Counted from the stretch's first letter, positions 1 to 9,545 are shown. The stretch is 64,000 nucleotides of DNA from an uncultured virus (IMG/VR IMGVR_UViG_3300029305_010146) (IMGVR_UViG_3300029305_010146), one strand, 5' to 3'. Translations and numbers: made by a program. The notes: a model not told the origin generated them from the sequence alone.

Positions 1-1
1 A

Positions 2-1321
2 GATTGGAACTATAACACTTTTGCAAGTGATACAAAGAATGTATACACTGGTTATACTACAAACGCTAAATACTTTAATGTAAATTGGACTACCGAAGAC
101 CAGAACGGCAATCCATTACCAGGTGTTAGTCACCACATTAAAATCAGTAATAGTTATCATGAAGCAGAATGCGATACTCCTGGTACTATGAGCATGGTAC
201 CTGCTGGTAACTATGCATTAAGAATTGAAGATGGTACTTGGTATTACGATTATAATATTCTTATTTACCGTGAAGGTGTGCAAAAGTTCACATTAGACAC
301 ACCAAGCGGTAAAATTACAATTGGTACTGATTCTGACGAAAAACCTGCTGGTAGCACACCAACCCCAGAACCTCCAGTGGAAGAACCGCCAATTCAACAG
401 TGTACACACCAAAATACAGAGATTAGAGACCGTGTAGAAGCAACAACTTCTGCCAACGGTTATACTGGTGATACTTGGTGTAAAGATTGCAATACAAAAA
501 TTGCAACTGGTACAACAATAGATAAAATTGCAACACAGCAATACCCTATTGCTGGCGAGTGGATACTCAATTATGATTTAAGTTATCCAACAAAAGTTTT
601 GCACCAAGACATTGATTTTACAATGAACGGAACACGATACGATGGTTTTAGACTCACAGGAAATGCCGTCATGGGTACAAAAAATGGCGATATTGCTGGA
701 ATGTTTGTGCAATGCCAATCCGAATTTTTGGGCAATGAATGGAGCTGTCCTCAATATGTATATTTTGGTCCTGAACCACAAATGGTTTCCGAAGATTTTT
801 ACAATTGGTTTATTGCCAATGCAGAAGTTTATTACACTTGCTTTGTTGGTGGTTCGCAAGTCTCTATGGCAGACGGAACGACAAAGAACATCGAAGATGT
901 TATTGTTGGCGACAGAGTTCTTTCTTACAATAGAAACACGAATAGTTTCTATGTCACAAATGTAATTGCTACCAATACAAAGGACGCACTTTGTTATTTT
1001 ACAATCACATTAGATGATGGAACAGAAATCAATACAACTGGCAGTCACCCATTTTTAACTGATAAAGGCTTTGAAAATGTTGCTGGCCACAGCAAAGAAA
1101 CCACTATTGTCGATATACTTACGGTTGGCGATAAGTTAATAACAACAGAAGGTTACAAAACTATTGTTTCTATTGATGTTATTAATAAAAAGACAAAAGT
1201 TTACAACCTTAATGTTGCAGACGACGATGAAGTTAATAAAGGCGAGGATGACGACGAGGAAGATACTTTTGTAGTAGAAGGTGTGGTTAACCACAACCAC
1301 TCTGGCGGTGCTAATGATTAA
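2..1321 (+). CDS. 5'-truncated surface-type protein with C-terminal Hint (bacterial intein-like) domain
   Basis: The frame is open from position 2, so the gene starts upstream of the window. It has a Pro-rich linker and a Cys/His 'CTH...EATT..NGYTGDTWCKDC' surface repeat. The Hint domain runs from CFVGGSQV (839) via TTGSHPF and VYNLNV to VVNHN (1297). Confidence 0.8.
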   Translation, partial: DWNYNTFASDTKNVYTGYTTNAKYFNVNWTTEDQNGNPLPGVSHHIKISNSYHEAECDTPGTMSMVPAGNYALRIEDGTWYYDYNILIYREGVQKFTLDTPSGKITIGTDSDEKPAGSTPTPEPPVEEPPIQQCTHQNTEIRDRVEATTSANGYTGDTWCKDCNTKIATGTTIDKIATQQYPIAGEWILNYDLSYPTKVLHQDIDFTMNGTRYDGFRLTGNAVMGTKNGDIAGMFVQCQSEFLGNEWSCPQYVYFGPEPQMVSEDFYNWFIANAEVYYTCFVGGSQVSMADGTTKNIEDVIVGDRVLSYNRNTNSFYVTNVIATNTKDALCYFTITLDDGTEINTTGSHPFLTDKGFENVAGHSKETTIVDILTVGDKLITTEGYKTIVSIDVINKKTKVYNLNVADDDEVNKGEDDDEEDTFVVEGVVNHNHSGGAND

Positions 1322-1418
1322 ACATTTATAATATTGAAAATAAAAAAATGAGAGAAGATATTGCATTTTCTCTCATTTTTTGTTATACTATACCCAATAT
1401 TGTTATTGGAGGTATCGC

Positions 1419-2348
1419 ATGCTATCGCTTTTTAGGAAACCCAAAATATCTTTTGTAGTTATTGCTTATAATCGAGAACCCTATATTAAAGAGTGTCTTG
1501 ATTCTATTTTATCACAAAACATTGACAAAGAAATTATCTGCATTGATGATTGCTCGACAGATAATACATATAATATTCTACAACAATATAAAAAAGAGCA
1601 TAAAGAAATAAGATTATTTCAAAATGAACAAAATTCAGGAACAGTAATTACAAGGTGTAACGGTTTAATGCACTGCAAGGGCGAATATATGCTTTTTGTA
1701 GATGCTGATGATAAATTATTACCCAATTCTATGGAAAAAATTTATTTGGAAGCAAAAACACAAGATTTAGATATGTTAGAGTTTAGTAGCAATACTGATT
1801 CCGATTATGAACATTTTGCAAAAGCATTACAAAGAAGCAAGCAATTCATAACAGACAATATTATAGATGCTTACCAAGAAAAAAGAATTTCCAATCAATT
1901 ATGGAACAAACTTGTTTCTGAAAGTGTCTATAAAAAAGTTGTGAAAAAATTAAACACAGAAATTAAACAGGCAAATTTTTCCGATGTTGTTTATTTTATA
2001 TATCATTTTTTATTAAATTGTAAAAGATTTGGCTCAACTGATATTGTTGGGTACTTTTACTATGACAAACGAGGTATGACTGCAAATATTTCAGACATTG
2101 ACAGATTGAGACAGTTTTGTAGTTTTAAGATAACAAAAAATGAATTAGAAAGGGTATACGGCAAAATTCCTGCTCTAAAAATAACTTGGAATTATGTTTG
2201 TAACCAAGCAGTTTCTGTATATTTAGATTTACCGAAAGATGAACGAGAAAAACACAAATATTTGTTAAATAATTTAATGTCCGAAAAAAATTCTGATTTT
2301 TTAATTAAAGAAATTAAGAAAATTAAATCAAGAGAACAGAATATGTAA
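1419..2348 (+). CDS. Glycosyltransferase family 2
   Basis: Motifs ISFVVIAYN, CIDDCSTD and FVDADD (DxD). SD GGAGG precedes ATG 1419. Confidence 0.9.
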   Translation: MLSLFRKPKISFVVIAYNREPYIKECLDSILSQNIDKEIICIDDCSTDNTYNILQQYKKEHKEIRLFQNEQNSGTVITRCNGLMHCKGEYMLFVDADDKLLPNSMEKIYLEAKTQDLDMLEFSSNTDSDYEHFAKALQRSKQFITDNIIDAYQEKRISNQLWNKLVSESVYKKVVKKLNTEIKQANFSDVVYFIYHFLLNCKRFGSTDIVGYFYYDKRGMTANISDIDRLRQFCSFKITKNELERVYGKIPALKITWNYVCNQAVSVYLDLPKDEREKHKYLLNNLMSEKNSDFLIKEIKKIKSREQNM

Positions 2349-2650
2349 TCAAAAGGCATCTTGCACTTATTTGCAAGATGCCTTTTTATCTTCCCACCCC
2401 TCTTCCGAAATTCACAAAAAAGTAAACACTTTACAAAAATTCCTCCCCACCCACCAAATCCTTTTTGTCAACGATTCTCTAAAATACTATATATAATAAA
2501 GCAACAAAATACATATCTACCCAACAATATTCCATTAAATAACAAATTACCTATTGCAATTGTAAATAAAATATGATATAATAAACAAAGAAACAACGAA
2601 AATTATCCTTATATAATATATAATAAAAGAGAAAGCGAGGTAATACCTCA

Positions 2651-3361
2651 ATGGCAAATAAATATATGGTAAAAACCAATGATAAAAACTGCATTGAAAT
2701 GACAAAACCAAACAGCAGTATCATTGTCTACAAAATTCCCTATAAAGAAATGAAAAACAGAGTGGTAGATGTTAATATCACCAATAGATTTATCGTTTAT
2801 ATTCTCGTAGGAAAGAATACGGATGGTAAGGATATTATCTATGTAGGCAAATCCAAGAACGGTATTGACAACCGCCCAACCGCCCACGAAGACGAGAATA
2901 AAAAGTGGAAGATATGTTATGTACTTACAACTTTCGCAGAAAGAACCTTCTTCAATGACGGTACAATAATGTACATAGAAGACCAAATCAATCAGAGATT
3001 GAGAACTCTTGATATGTACGAAAATACGACAAAGGTAACCACCTCCGATACCACAAATATCTTTGATAAAGAATTTTGTGACGAGTATATTGAAGAAGTT
3101 TATAAGATGCTTTACATTTTGGGTCTCGATTTAACTCTCGAAGAGGTTGAAGTGGAAGGACCCGTGTTGGCAAGAACCGTTCCCACTGATTTAGAGGATA
3201 TGTACAATAACCTCGCAAATGTTTTTAGAACTCCTGACGAGAAAGATTTAGGAAAAGAAGAAAATTCTTTTGGATTCAGAGAACCAGTGGATGAAGATTT
3301 ATCTATTGAGAGCGATTTAAGTGCTTTTAGAACACCAAATGAGAAAGACTTGGGTGTGTAA
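2651..3361 (+). CDS. GIY-YIG nuclease-family protein
   Basis: VYILVG...IYVGKS...R...H pattern. The C-terminus has degenerate repeats FRTPDEKDLG/FREPVDEDL/FRTPNEKDLG. Confidence 0.7.
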   Translation: MANKYMVKTNDKNCIEMTKPNSSIIVYKIPYKEMKNRVVDVNITNRFIVYILVGKNTDGKDIIYVGKSKNGIDNRPTAHEDENKKWKICYVLTTFAERTFFNDGTIMYIEDQINQRLRTLDMYENTTKVTTSDTTNIFDKEFCDEYIEEVYKMLYILGLDLTLEEVEVEGPVLARTVPTDLEDMYNNLANVFRTPDEKDLGKEENSFGFREPVDEDLSIESDLSAFRTPNEKDLGV

Positions 3362-3530
3362 TCACCCAAGTCCTTTTGTTTGTTATGAGAGGTTTTGGAG
3401 GCATTTTAGAGTATTATATTATATATAGGTGTATTTATAGATGTTTGGTCGTTTCTATTATTATATATTATATAATGTATAAAGAGTTGATTTTGGTATT
3501 TTGTCTTAAACAAGGAATAAGTTAGGGGGT

Positions 3531-3635
3531 GAACTTTTTTGTGGGGTGTGAGGTAGTTAAACTTTTTTAATGAGTTATGATGGAGGTTATTTTTTGGTTG
3601 GTTATGTGAGAATTAAACTTTTTAATGAGTTATGA
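3531..3635. repeat. About four degenerate direct repeats (T-tract + RTGAGTTATG-like), ~27-30 bp period
   Basis: Near-identical TTAAACTTTTT(T)AATGAGTTATGA at 3557 and 3613, with looser copies at 3531 and 3587. Confidence 0.65.
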
Positions 3636-3689
3636 AGGATGGGTGGGCGGGCAAATAAAAAACCCGCCGAAGCGGGTTTTAATATTTGT

Positions 3690-4268
3690 TTAGTTAAACA
3701 TATGTTTTCTCTTGCTATAATATTTCATAACGAGAATATTGATAACAATGCCAATAATAGCACCAATAATAACACCAATGCCCAAACCGCCCAAGATTCC
3801 AAGGAAAAGTTCTGCACCTTCAACACCTTCGAGCACAGCAGTGATAATGCCACCACCAGCAACAAGCATAATGCCAATTAAAATCGAGAAACCGCCACTA
3901 ACAAATCCAAGAATGTTGTTAATGAGGCGCATAATGTATCCTGCTTTTGTTCTCTTGATTAAGAAAATACCAGTGAGAATTGGGTATACAGCACAGAGAA
4001 TGGAGAAAATTCCACTACCTGCACCACCCTCTTGGAACATTAAAAGCAAACCACTTAAAACAGACATTGCACCACTTGCAATAAGGAAAATGGCATAAAT
4101 AATATTAAATGTCATTCCAATTTGAGAATTGTTTGTGAAATTGCCTTGTGGTGCACCGTATGGAGATTGTTGCACTCCATATTGTGACTGTTGATATTGA
4201 GGTTGCTGATACTGTGGATACTGCTGATTTTGATACTGGTTATTGTATTGACCATTATAATCTTGCAT
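3690..4268 (-). CDS. Membrane protein with Gln/Tyr-rich N-terminus (paralogue of 5335-6051)
   Basis: About 4 hydrophobic segments. Shares GYI.RLI.NIL and INIL.MKYY.KRK..F with 5335-6051. SD AGGAGG. Confidence 0.8.
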   Translation of the reverse strand: MQDYNGQYNNQYQNQQYPQYQQPQYQQSQYGVQQSPYGAPQGNFTNNSQIGMTFNIIYAIFLIASGAMSVLSGLLLMFQEGGAGSGIFSILCAVYPILTGIFLIKRTKAGYIMRLINNILGFVSGGFSILIGIMLVAGGGIITAVLEGVEGAELFLGILGGLGIGVIIGAIIGIVINILVMKYYSKRKHMFN

Positions 4269-4551
4269 ATGGATACCTCCTTATAAATTTGATTATAAAT
4301 ATAATATAATATTTTCAAAAAATCAAATTTTTCTTTTTGCGAAAAAAAATTTTTTCAAATACTTGACTTTTAGAAAAAAATGGATTAGTATTTGCAAGGT
4401 TGGTTGTGAAAGCGACCAACAAACAGAATAAAAATATTTTCGGAAATACTTGACAAAGAAAAAAATATATTTTATTATTTCACTCGAAGGCGGACGAAAC
4501 ACCCGCCAAAACTTCTAAAAAATATAAAATTAACAAAAGGAGTGTTTTACA

Positions 4552-5208
4552 ATGCAGACTAAATTAAGAAATATTATGTCTTCTAAAAAGGGTTTCACCC
4601 TCATTGAATTGCTCGTAGTTATCGGTATCCTTGCCGTTCTCGCTGCAATCGCAATTCCTTCCGTTGCTGGTCTTATCGACAGAGCAAATGTTTCTGCTGA
4701 CAAGACAAATGCTAACGAAATGACCAATGCCATCGAGCGCTTTACTTCCGAGTATGAGCTTTACTGCCAGGATATCGCTTCTGGTTGGAATGGCACCAAC
4801 CCAGACTCCGCACAGGGTCGTGTTAAGAATGTAATCGGTGCTACTACACGTGACCAGATTACCACTCTCGAAATTGCACAGGGTACAGACATTGATGCCT
4901 CCAAACTTCAGTTGTATAGAGACACCAAGTATCCTACCAACGAAAAGACTCTTGTAGAACTCGTGAAGAATTACACAAAGACTTCTTCCGCTACTTTCCA
5001 GCCAAAGCAGTCTGACTGCCACTTCTTCTACTCTCCAAAATGCGGTCTCGTTGTTGTTGCAGAGGCAGATTCTACTATTGCTCAACTCAACGACCTCGTA
5101 ATCTCTGGTATGGATGCAAAGGGTAATGCTCTTGATGACAACGACAAGAAACTTTGGATTGATATCTCTGATGCCGACACCACCAAGTATGTTGAGAAAA
5201 CTGCTTAA
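4552..5208 (+). CDS. Type IV pilin (probable major pilin, copy A)
   Basis: Class III signal KKG|FTLIELLVVIGILAVLAAIAIP. SD AAGGAG. Downstream terminator at ~5238-5266. Confidence 0.93.
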   Translation: MQTKLRNIMSSKKGFTLIELLVVIGILAVLAAIAIPSVAGLIDRANVSADKTNANEMTNAIERFTSEYELYCQDIASGWNGTNPDSAQGRVKNVIGATTRDQITTLEIAQGTDIDASKLQLYRDTKYPTNEKTLVELVKNYTKTSSATFQPKQSDCHFFYSPKCGLVVVAEADSTIAQLNDLVISGMDAKGNALDDNDKKLWIDISDADTTKYVEKTA

Positions 5209-5334
5209 TCTAACAGCATAAAATAAATTAAGTTATAAAAACCCGTATCGAGTCGATACGGGTTTTGTTTTGCCTTGACAAATTAAGTTTTTTGTTTTAG
5301 AATTGTTGCAATAGTTTATTAGGAGGCTAATAAA

Positions 5335-6051
5335 ATGACTTGCAAACAATGTGGTTATATCAATAACGAAAACAATATTTTATGTGATGCATGCGGTTCT
5401 CAATTGCAACCAACATCTTCGCATATCGTAACAAAAGAAAATAATAAAGAAACTACTTATAATTCTACATATTATGGAGAACAACAAAAGCAACAACCAT
5501 ATAATCCATATGCATCTGTACAACAAAGACCGTCTGCAACTGATTATCAAACCCAACAATATTACCAAAATGCATATGGACAAAGTCAGTATGGAAACAC
5601 TATGCTACGAAATAACCAGAATGCACTTCCTATGAATTTCCATATCGTATATTGTATACTTTTAGCATTTTCCGCTTTTTCCAGTTTAAGTAGCATTTTC
5701 TCTTCGATTGGTATCGAAGGTATGGAGTGGAGTTTTATAATTGGGTTATTGAATTTTGCATTTATGGGTGCAATGACCGTTACTATGTTTATGAGGAAAA
5801 AAATTGGTTATATCTTAAGATTGATTTATAACATTCTTCAATTAGCAGGTTCTGCCCTTCTAATAGTTATTTCTATTTGTGGTATTGCATATACTTTCAT
5901 CGACCCAACATTTTTTAATGCTGGCGAAGAGAGTCTTAATGGTTTGATGATTTTTATTTTTGTACTCATAATGATTTTTGCAATTCCTACTTTTATAATC
6001 AATATATTAATAATGAAGTATTATAAAAAAAGAAAAGAACTTTTCTCTTAA
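5335..6051 (+). CDS. Zinc-ribbon membrane protein (paralogue of 3690-4268)
   Basis: N-terminal CKQC...CDAC, a Q/Y-rich linker and about 4 TM segments. Confidence 0.8.
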   Translation: MTCKQCGYINNENNILCDACGSQLQPTSSHIVTKENNKETTYNSTYYGEQQKQQPYNPYASVQQRPSATDYQTQQYYQNAYGQSQYGNTMLRNNQNALPMNFHIVYCILLAFSAFSSLSSIFSSIGIEGMEWSFIIGLLNFAFMGAMTVTMFMRKKIGYILRLIYNILQLAGSALLIVISICGIAYTFIDPTFFNAGEESLNGLMIFIFVLIMIFAIPTFIINILIMKYYKKRKELFS

Positions 6052-6174
6052 ATAGTTGTTGACATTGATAATTATTTATGGTATAATATCCTCAAGATAA
6101 TTTCTTGAGGATATTTTATATTTATGTAACAATAAAAACGGTGTTATTAAATATAAAAATAAAGGAGGAATATT

Positions 6175-6636
6175 ATGTTTGAAAAAATTCATACACCAGC
6201 ATTTTTAAGAATTGGAGACCCAATGTATATTGACGAACCAACCCCTAATCGCAAGAAATATGTTTTAGAAAAAACATATCCTTCCGATTTTGTTTCTTCG
6301 ATGCAAATTACAAAGGGCGATGGTTCTGGGTGTGTACAGATTTTAATTTGTATTGCTCCCAACAGCGAGGCACTTTCTGTATATCAAAAAGAAGAGTATT
6401 ATTCAGCATTGCGAAGCGAAACAATCGAACTGGGTTGTGATACTGCTTGTTTTAGAATTGAAACAGATGAAAAAGACGACGAAATCTCGACTATGTCCGA
6501 CGGTTACTACGGTTTTGCAGTAAATCTTTTCTACGGAAACAAAAATTACGGTTCTATTATTTCTTTATCTATCGACGAAGATGTATACGACCAATCAACC
6601 GAAGATTCACTAAAATATGTATTTTATAAGGAGTAA
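6175..6636 (+). CDS. Hypothetical protein
   Basis: 153-aa ORF with SD AAGGAGG and an upstream TTGACA/TATAAT promoter. Confidence 0.75.
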   Translation: MFEKIHTPAFLRIGDPMYIDEPTPNRKKYVLEKTYPSDFVSSMQITKGDGSGCVQILICIAPNSEALSVYQKEEYYSALRSETIELGCDTACFRIETDEKDDEISTMSDGYYGFAVNLFYGNKNYGSIISLSIDEDVYDQSTEDSLKYVFYKE

Positions 6637-6641
6637 GAGAA

Positions 6642-7568
6642 ATGAAGATTAATATTAAGGAAATCACATCAAAGGTAAACGGCGAAAGTGTTTCTGGTGT
6701 CGTTTATGTCAAAAATGCAAACATCAATGTTGCAAAAAATGGCAAGAAGTACATCCAAGGTCTTCTAATTGACAATAAGGAAAGTATTTTCTACAAGGTC
6801 TGGGGAGACTATATGGAAGCATTCCAAAAGGTTAATGCGACATCGCAAATTCTCTACATCGAAGGTACCGTAAATGTATTTAACGATACAACTTCTATCG
6901 TAATCACAAAGGCAATGCCTTCTAATGAAGGTTTGACCCCTGCCGATTTCATTACTGGTCACGACAGAGATGCCCTTGAAAGAGAATTCTACGAAATCAA
7001 TAAGCGTCTTCTGTCCCCTAATGCTTACGACATTTTGAATGTTATTGTTAGAGATAAAGTTAAAGACCGTTTCTTCATGGAATATGCTGGCATGACAATG
7101 CACGATGCTTGCCCCAGCGGTGTAGCAAATCACACCGTTAAAATGCTTCGCATTCTTGAGACAATCATCAATAACGACCCTCGCCTCACACCGTGGACAG
7201 ACCTTTTGGTTCTTGGTGTTGATTTGCACGATGTCGGCAAAATTAAGGAAATGTACAATGGAAACTATCGCAAAAACTCCTTTGTTACACACAGAGAATT
7301 TGGAGTTGAATTACTGATGAATAACAAGGACTTTATTATATCTCAATTCAATGACGATTTCTATTATCGTCTTGTTTCCATTATTCGTGGGCATCACGAT
7401 GAATTTGAGGAAAAGGCAAAGACTGTATATGCATATATCACTTTTTTGATTGATATGCTTGATTCTCAAGTTTCTCATATTCTGGATTGTGTCGAAGCAG
7501 AAAATCTCAAAGAAGAATCTTCTGGCGACAGTTATATCCAATCTCACGACCACAAGTTGTATGTATAA
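6642..7568 (+). CDS. yhaM: YhaM/Cbf1-like 3'-5' exoribonuclease (OB fold + HD domain)
   Basis: N-terminal OB-like 'AKNGKKYI...KVW'. HD motifs MHDA...NHT, LHDVGKIKE, GHH and IDMLDS. Confidence 0.82.
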   Translation: MKINIKEITSKVNGESVSGVVYVKNANINVAKNGKKYIQGLLIDNKESIFYKVWGDYMEAFQKVNATSQILYIEGTVNVFNDTTSIVITKAMPSNEGLTPADFITGHDRDALEREFYEINKRLLSPNAYDILNVIVRDKVKDRFFMEYAGMTMHDACPSGVANHTVKMLRILETIINNDPRLTPWTDLLVLGVDLHDVGKIKEMYNGNYRKNSFVTHREFGVELLMNNKDFIISQFNDDFYYRLVSIIRGHHDEFEEKAKTVYAYITFLIDMLDSQVSHILDCVEAENLKEESSGDSYIQSHDHKLYV

Positions 7569-7615
7569 AAAATGCGGGAGAAAATCTCCCGCATACCAAA
7601 ATATAGGAGGTTATT

Positions 7616-8440
7616 ATGGCAAATAAAAAAGATTCATTGGGCGATAGAATGAAGTCCAATTACGAAAATAGAGCAAAAACTTATCTCGTTCGCAGACAAC
7701 CTGTAATTCTGCGACTTGACGGTAAGGCTTTCCACACTTTTACAAGAGGATTAAAGAGACCTTACGATGAAATCTTTCACAAGGCAATGAACGATACACT
7801 TATGACCCTTTGTGAAAATATTCAAGGTTGCAAAGTTGGTTATACACAGTCTGACGAAATTACCCTTCTTTTGACTGATTATGATACCCTAACTACCGAT
7901 GCTTGGTTTGACTATGCAGTGCAGAAAATGTGTAGTATCGCCGCTTCAACGGCAACCCTCGCATTCAATAAATCCCTCGCAAAAAGTGTTGATGACTTTT
8001 TCAATACCAAAATTTCTGGTGTTGAAGAGTTGTCTGCTGATAGCGAAGACTTTAAGTATTTCAAGACCCTTATGAAGGCAGTAAATACTGGTGCGATGTT
8101 TGATTGCCGTTGTTTCAATATTCCAAAAGAAGAGGTCGTAAACTGTTTCATTTGGAGACAGCAAGATGCAACAAGGAATGCAATTCAAATGCTTGGTCAG
8201 TGTAATTTTTCACACAAAGACCTAAATGGCAAATCTTGCAATGACATTCAAGATATGCTGATGGTGCAAAGAGGAATTAACTTTAACGATATGCCAACCG
8301 AATTTAAGAGAGGAGTCTGTTGTGTTCGCACAGAACAAGTATCAACTAACAGCACTACTCCTACGAGGATGAAGTGGACTATCGACAAAGAAATTCCAAT
8401 TTTTTCAAAAGATTTCAACTATATTGAAAAATATATTTAA
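7616..8440 (+). CDS. thg1: tRNA(His) guanylyltransferase Thg1-like protein
   Basis: RLDGKAFHTFT, YTQSDEITL, FDCR, WRQQDATRNAI and FKRG motifs. Confidence 0.93.
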   Translation: MANKKDSLGDRMKSNYENRAKTYLVRRQPVILRLDGKAFHTFTRGLKRPYDEIFHKAMNDTLMTLCENIQGCKVGYTQSDEITLLLTDYDTLTTDAWFDYAVQKMCSIAASTATLAFNKSLAKSVDDFFNTKISGVEELSADSEDFKYFKTLMKAVNTGAMFDCRCFNIPKEEVVNCFIWRQQDATRNAIQMLGQCNFSHKDLNGKSCNDIQDMLMVQRGINFNDMPTEFKRGVCCVRTEQVSTNSTTPTRMKWTIDKEIPIFSKDFNYIEKYI

Positions 8441-8447
8441 TTAACTA

Positions 8448-8476
8448 TTGACAAAAGGAAATCTTTGTGATATAAT
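8448..8476 (+). promoter_or_regulatory. Sigma-A-type promoter of tRNA-Gly
   Basis: TTGACA-N17-TATAAT with extended -10 TG. Confidence 0.8.
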
Positions 8477-8506
8477 ACGGATGCCAGCGAAAGTTGGCAT
8501 CTATAT

Positions 8507-8583
8507 GCGGGTGTAGTGTTTAACGGCCAGCATGCCTGCCTTCCAAGCAGGAGGTACGGGTTCGAATCCCGTTACTCGCTCCA
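8507..8583 (+). tRNA. tRNA-Gly(TCC)
   Basis: Cloverleaf; anticodon arm CCTGC-CTTCCAA-GCAGG; GGTTCGAATCC; encoded CCA. Confidence 0.95.
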
Positions 8584-8602
8584 AAAATTTTTTTAAAAAG
8601 TC

Positions 8603-8631
8603 TTGACAATTAGATTTTTTTATGTTATAAT
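8603..8631 (+). promoter_or_regulatory. Sigma-A-type promoter for the tRNA-Met/leader/tRNA array unit
   Basis: TTGACA-N17-TATAAT with extended -10 TG. Confidence 0.85.
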
Positions 8632-8638
8632 ACCATAT

Positions 8639-8714
8639 AGCGGGATAGAGCAGGTGGTAGCTCGTTTGGCTCATATCCAAAAGGTCGTTGGTTCGACTCC
8701 AACTCCCGCAACCA
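8639..8714 (+). tRNA. tRNA-Met(CAT), initiator-like
   Basis: CAT anticodon; unpaired A1:A72 and A11:U24 initiator features; CCA end. Confidence 0.88.
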
Positions 8715-8761
8715 GTGACGAAAGTCGCATATTAAATCTTGACAGAAAGGAAGTATTCAGT

Positions 8762-8869
8762 ATGACTGTTTACAATGCAATTCAAAAAATTCAACAGTGT
8801 AAACAAGTAGGCATGTTTAAGTTTATTAAACGTGTCCATTCGTCATGCCATGAATACAACCACTGTTAA
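8762..8869 (+). CDS. Putative 35-aa attenuator leader peptide MTVYNAIQKIQQCKQVGMFKFIKRVHSSCHEYNHC
   Basis: SD-like AAAGGAAG upstream. It lies in a structured leader before a terminator and is enriched in I/Q/K/C/V/M/F. Confidence 0.6.
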   Translation: MTVYNAIQKIQQCKQVGMFKFIKRVHSSCHEYNHC

Positions 8870-8934
8870 AGGTTACGTTCTGCCTGCAATATAAAACTGG
8901 TAGATTACGGTTAAAAATTTTTAACAAACAAGTA

Positions 8935-8976
8935 GCGGTTCTGTATCCATGGGATGCAGAACCGTTTTCTTTTTTT
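8935..8976 (+). terminator. Intrinsic terminator (candidate attenuator) immediately before the tRNA array
   Basis: GCGGTTCTGTATCC-ATG-GGATGCAGAACCGT followed by a long T tract, 4 nt before tRNA-Gln. Confidence 0.85.
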
Positions 8977-8980
8977 ACAT

Positions 8981-9056
8981 TGGGGTATCGCCAAGCGGTA
9001 AGGCACAGGACTTTGACTCCTGCATTCCGAAGGTTCGAATCCTTCTACCCCAGCCA
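8981..9056 (+). tRNA. tRNA-Gln(TTG)
   Basis: CAGGA-CTTTGAC-TCCTG arm; CCA end. Confidence 0.95.
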
Positions 9057-9061
9057 TATAT

Positions 9062-9137
9062 GCACCTGTAGCTCAGTTGGAAGAGCACTCGACTTTTAAT
9101 CGAGGAGTCATGGGTTCGAGTCCCATCAGGTGCACCA
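9062..9137 (+). tRNA. tRNA-Lys(TTT)
   Basis: CTCGA-CTTTTAA-TCGAG arm; CCA end. Confidence 0.95.
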
Positions 9138-9142
9138 AATAT

Positions 9143-9218
9143 GGAAAGGTAGCTCAACAGGTAGAGCAGTGGACTGAAAATCCACGTGTAGTCGGTTCGA
9201 CTCCGTCCCTTTCCACCA
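9143..9218 (+). tRNA. tRNA-Phe(GAA)
   Basis: GTGGA-CTGAAAA-TCCAC arm; CCA end. Confidence 0.95.
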
Positions 9219-9221
9219 TAT

Positions 9222-9295
9222 GGCGATGTCGTCAAGTGGTAAGACAGCAGTCTGCAAAACTGTTACCCCCAGTTCGAATCTGGGCATCGCCTCCA
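9222..9295 (+). tRNA. tRNA-Cys(GCA)
   Basis: GCAGT-CTGCAAA-ACTGT arm; U73 discriminator; CCA end. Confidence 0.93.
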
Positions 9296-9301
9296 CTCTA
9301 T

Positions 9302-9377
9302 GCATTCGTAGCTCAACTGGGAGAGCACTCGACTCTTAATCGAGGGGTCGTGGGTTCAAACCCCACCGAATGCACCA
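9302..9377 (+). tRNA. tRNA-Lys(CTT)
   Basis: CTCGA-CTCTTAA-TCGAG arm; CCA end. Confidence 0.95.
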
Positions 9378-9382
9378 AATAT

Positions 9383-9459
9383 ACACTCGTAGTTCAGTTG
9401 GTTAGAATACTTGCTTGACATGCAGGGGGTCGTTGGTTCAAGTCCAATCGAGTGTACCA
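9383..9459 (+). tRNA. tRNA-Val(GAC)
   Basis: CTTGC-TTGACAT-GCAGG arm; ACACTCG/CGAGTGT acceptor; CCA end. Confidence 0.92.
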
Positions 9460-9465
9460 TTATCT

Positions 9466-9541
9466 GCGACATTAGCTCAGTTGGCAGAGCACCGTGCTGA
9501 TAACGCGGGGGTCACTGGTTCAAGTCCAGTATGTCGCACCA
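9466..9541 (+). tRNA. tRNA-Ile(GAT)
   Basis: CCGTG-CTGATAA-CGCGG arm; CCA end. Confidence 0.94.
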
Positions 9542-9545
9542 ACAT

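Noticed and set aside
4564..5085. Antisense ORFs conserved opposite both major pilins (also 13985-14524)
   Set aside because: Their conservation follows from the pilin duplication and codon bias; there are no expression signals.
8715..8976. T-box riboswitch in front of the tRNA array
   Set aside because: No T-box consensus (AAnnnGGGTGGnACC) or stem-I motifs were found; a leader-peptide model fits better.
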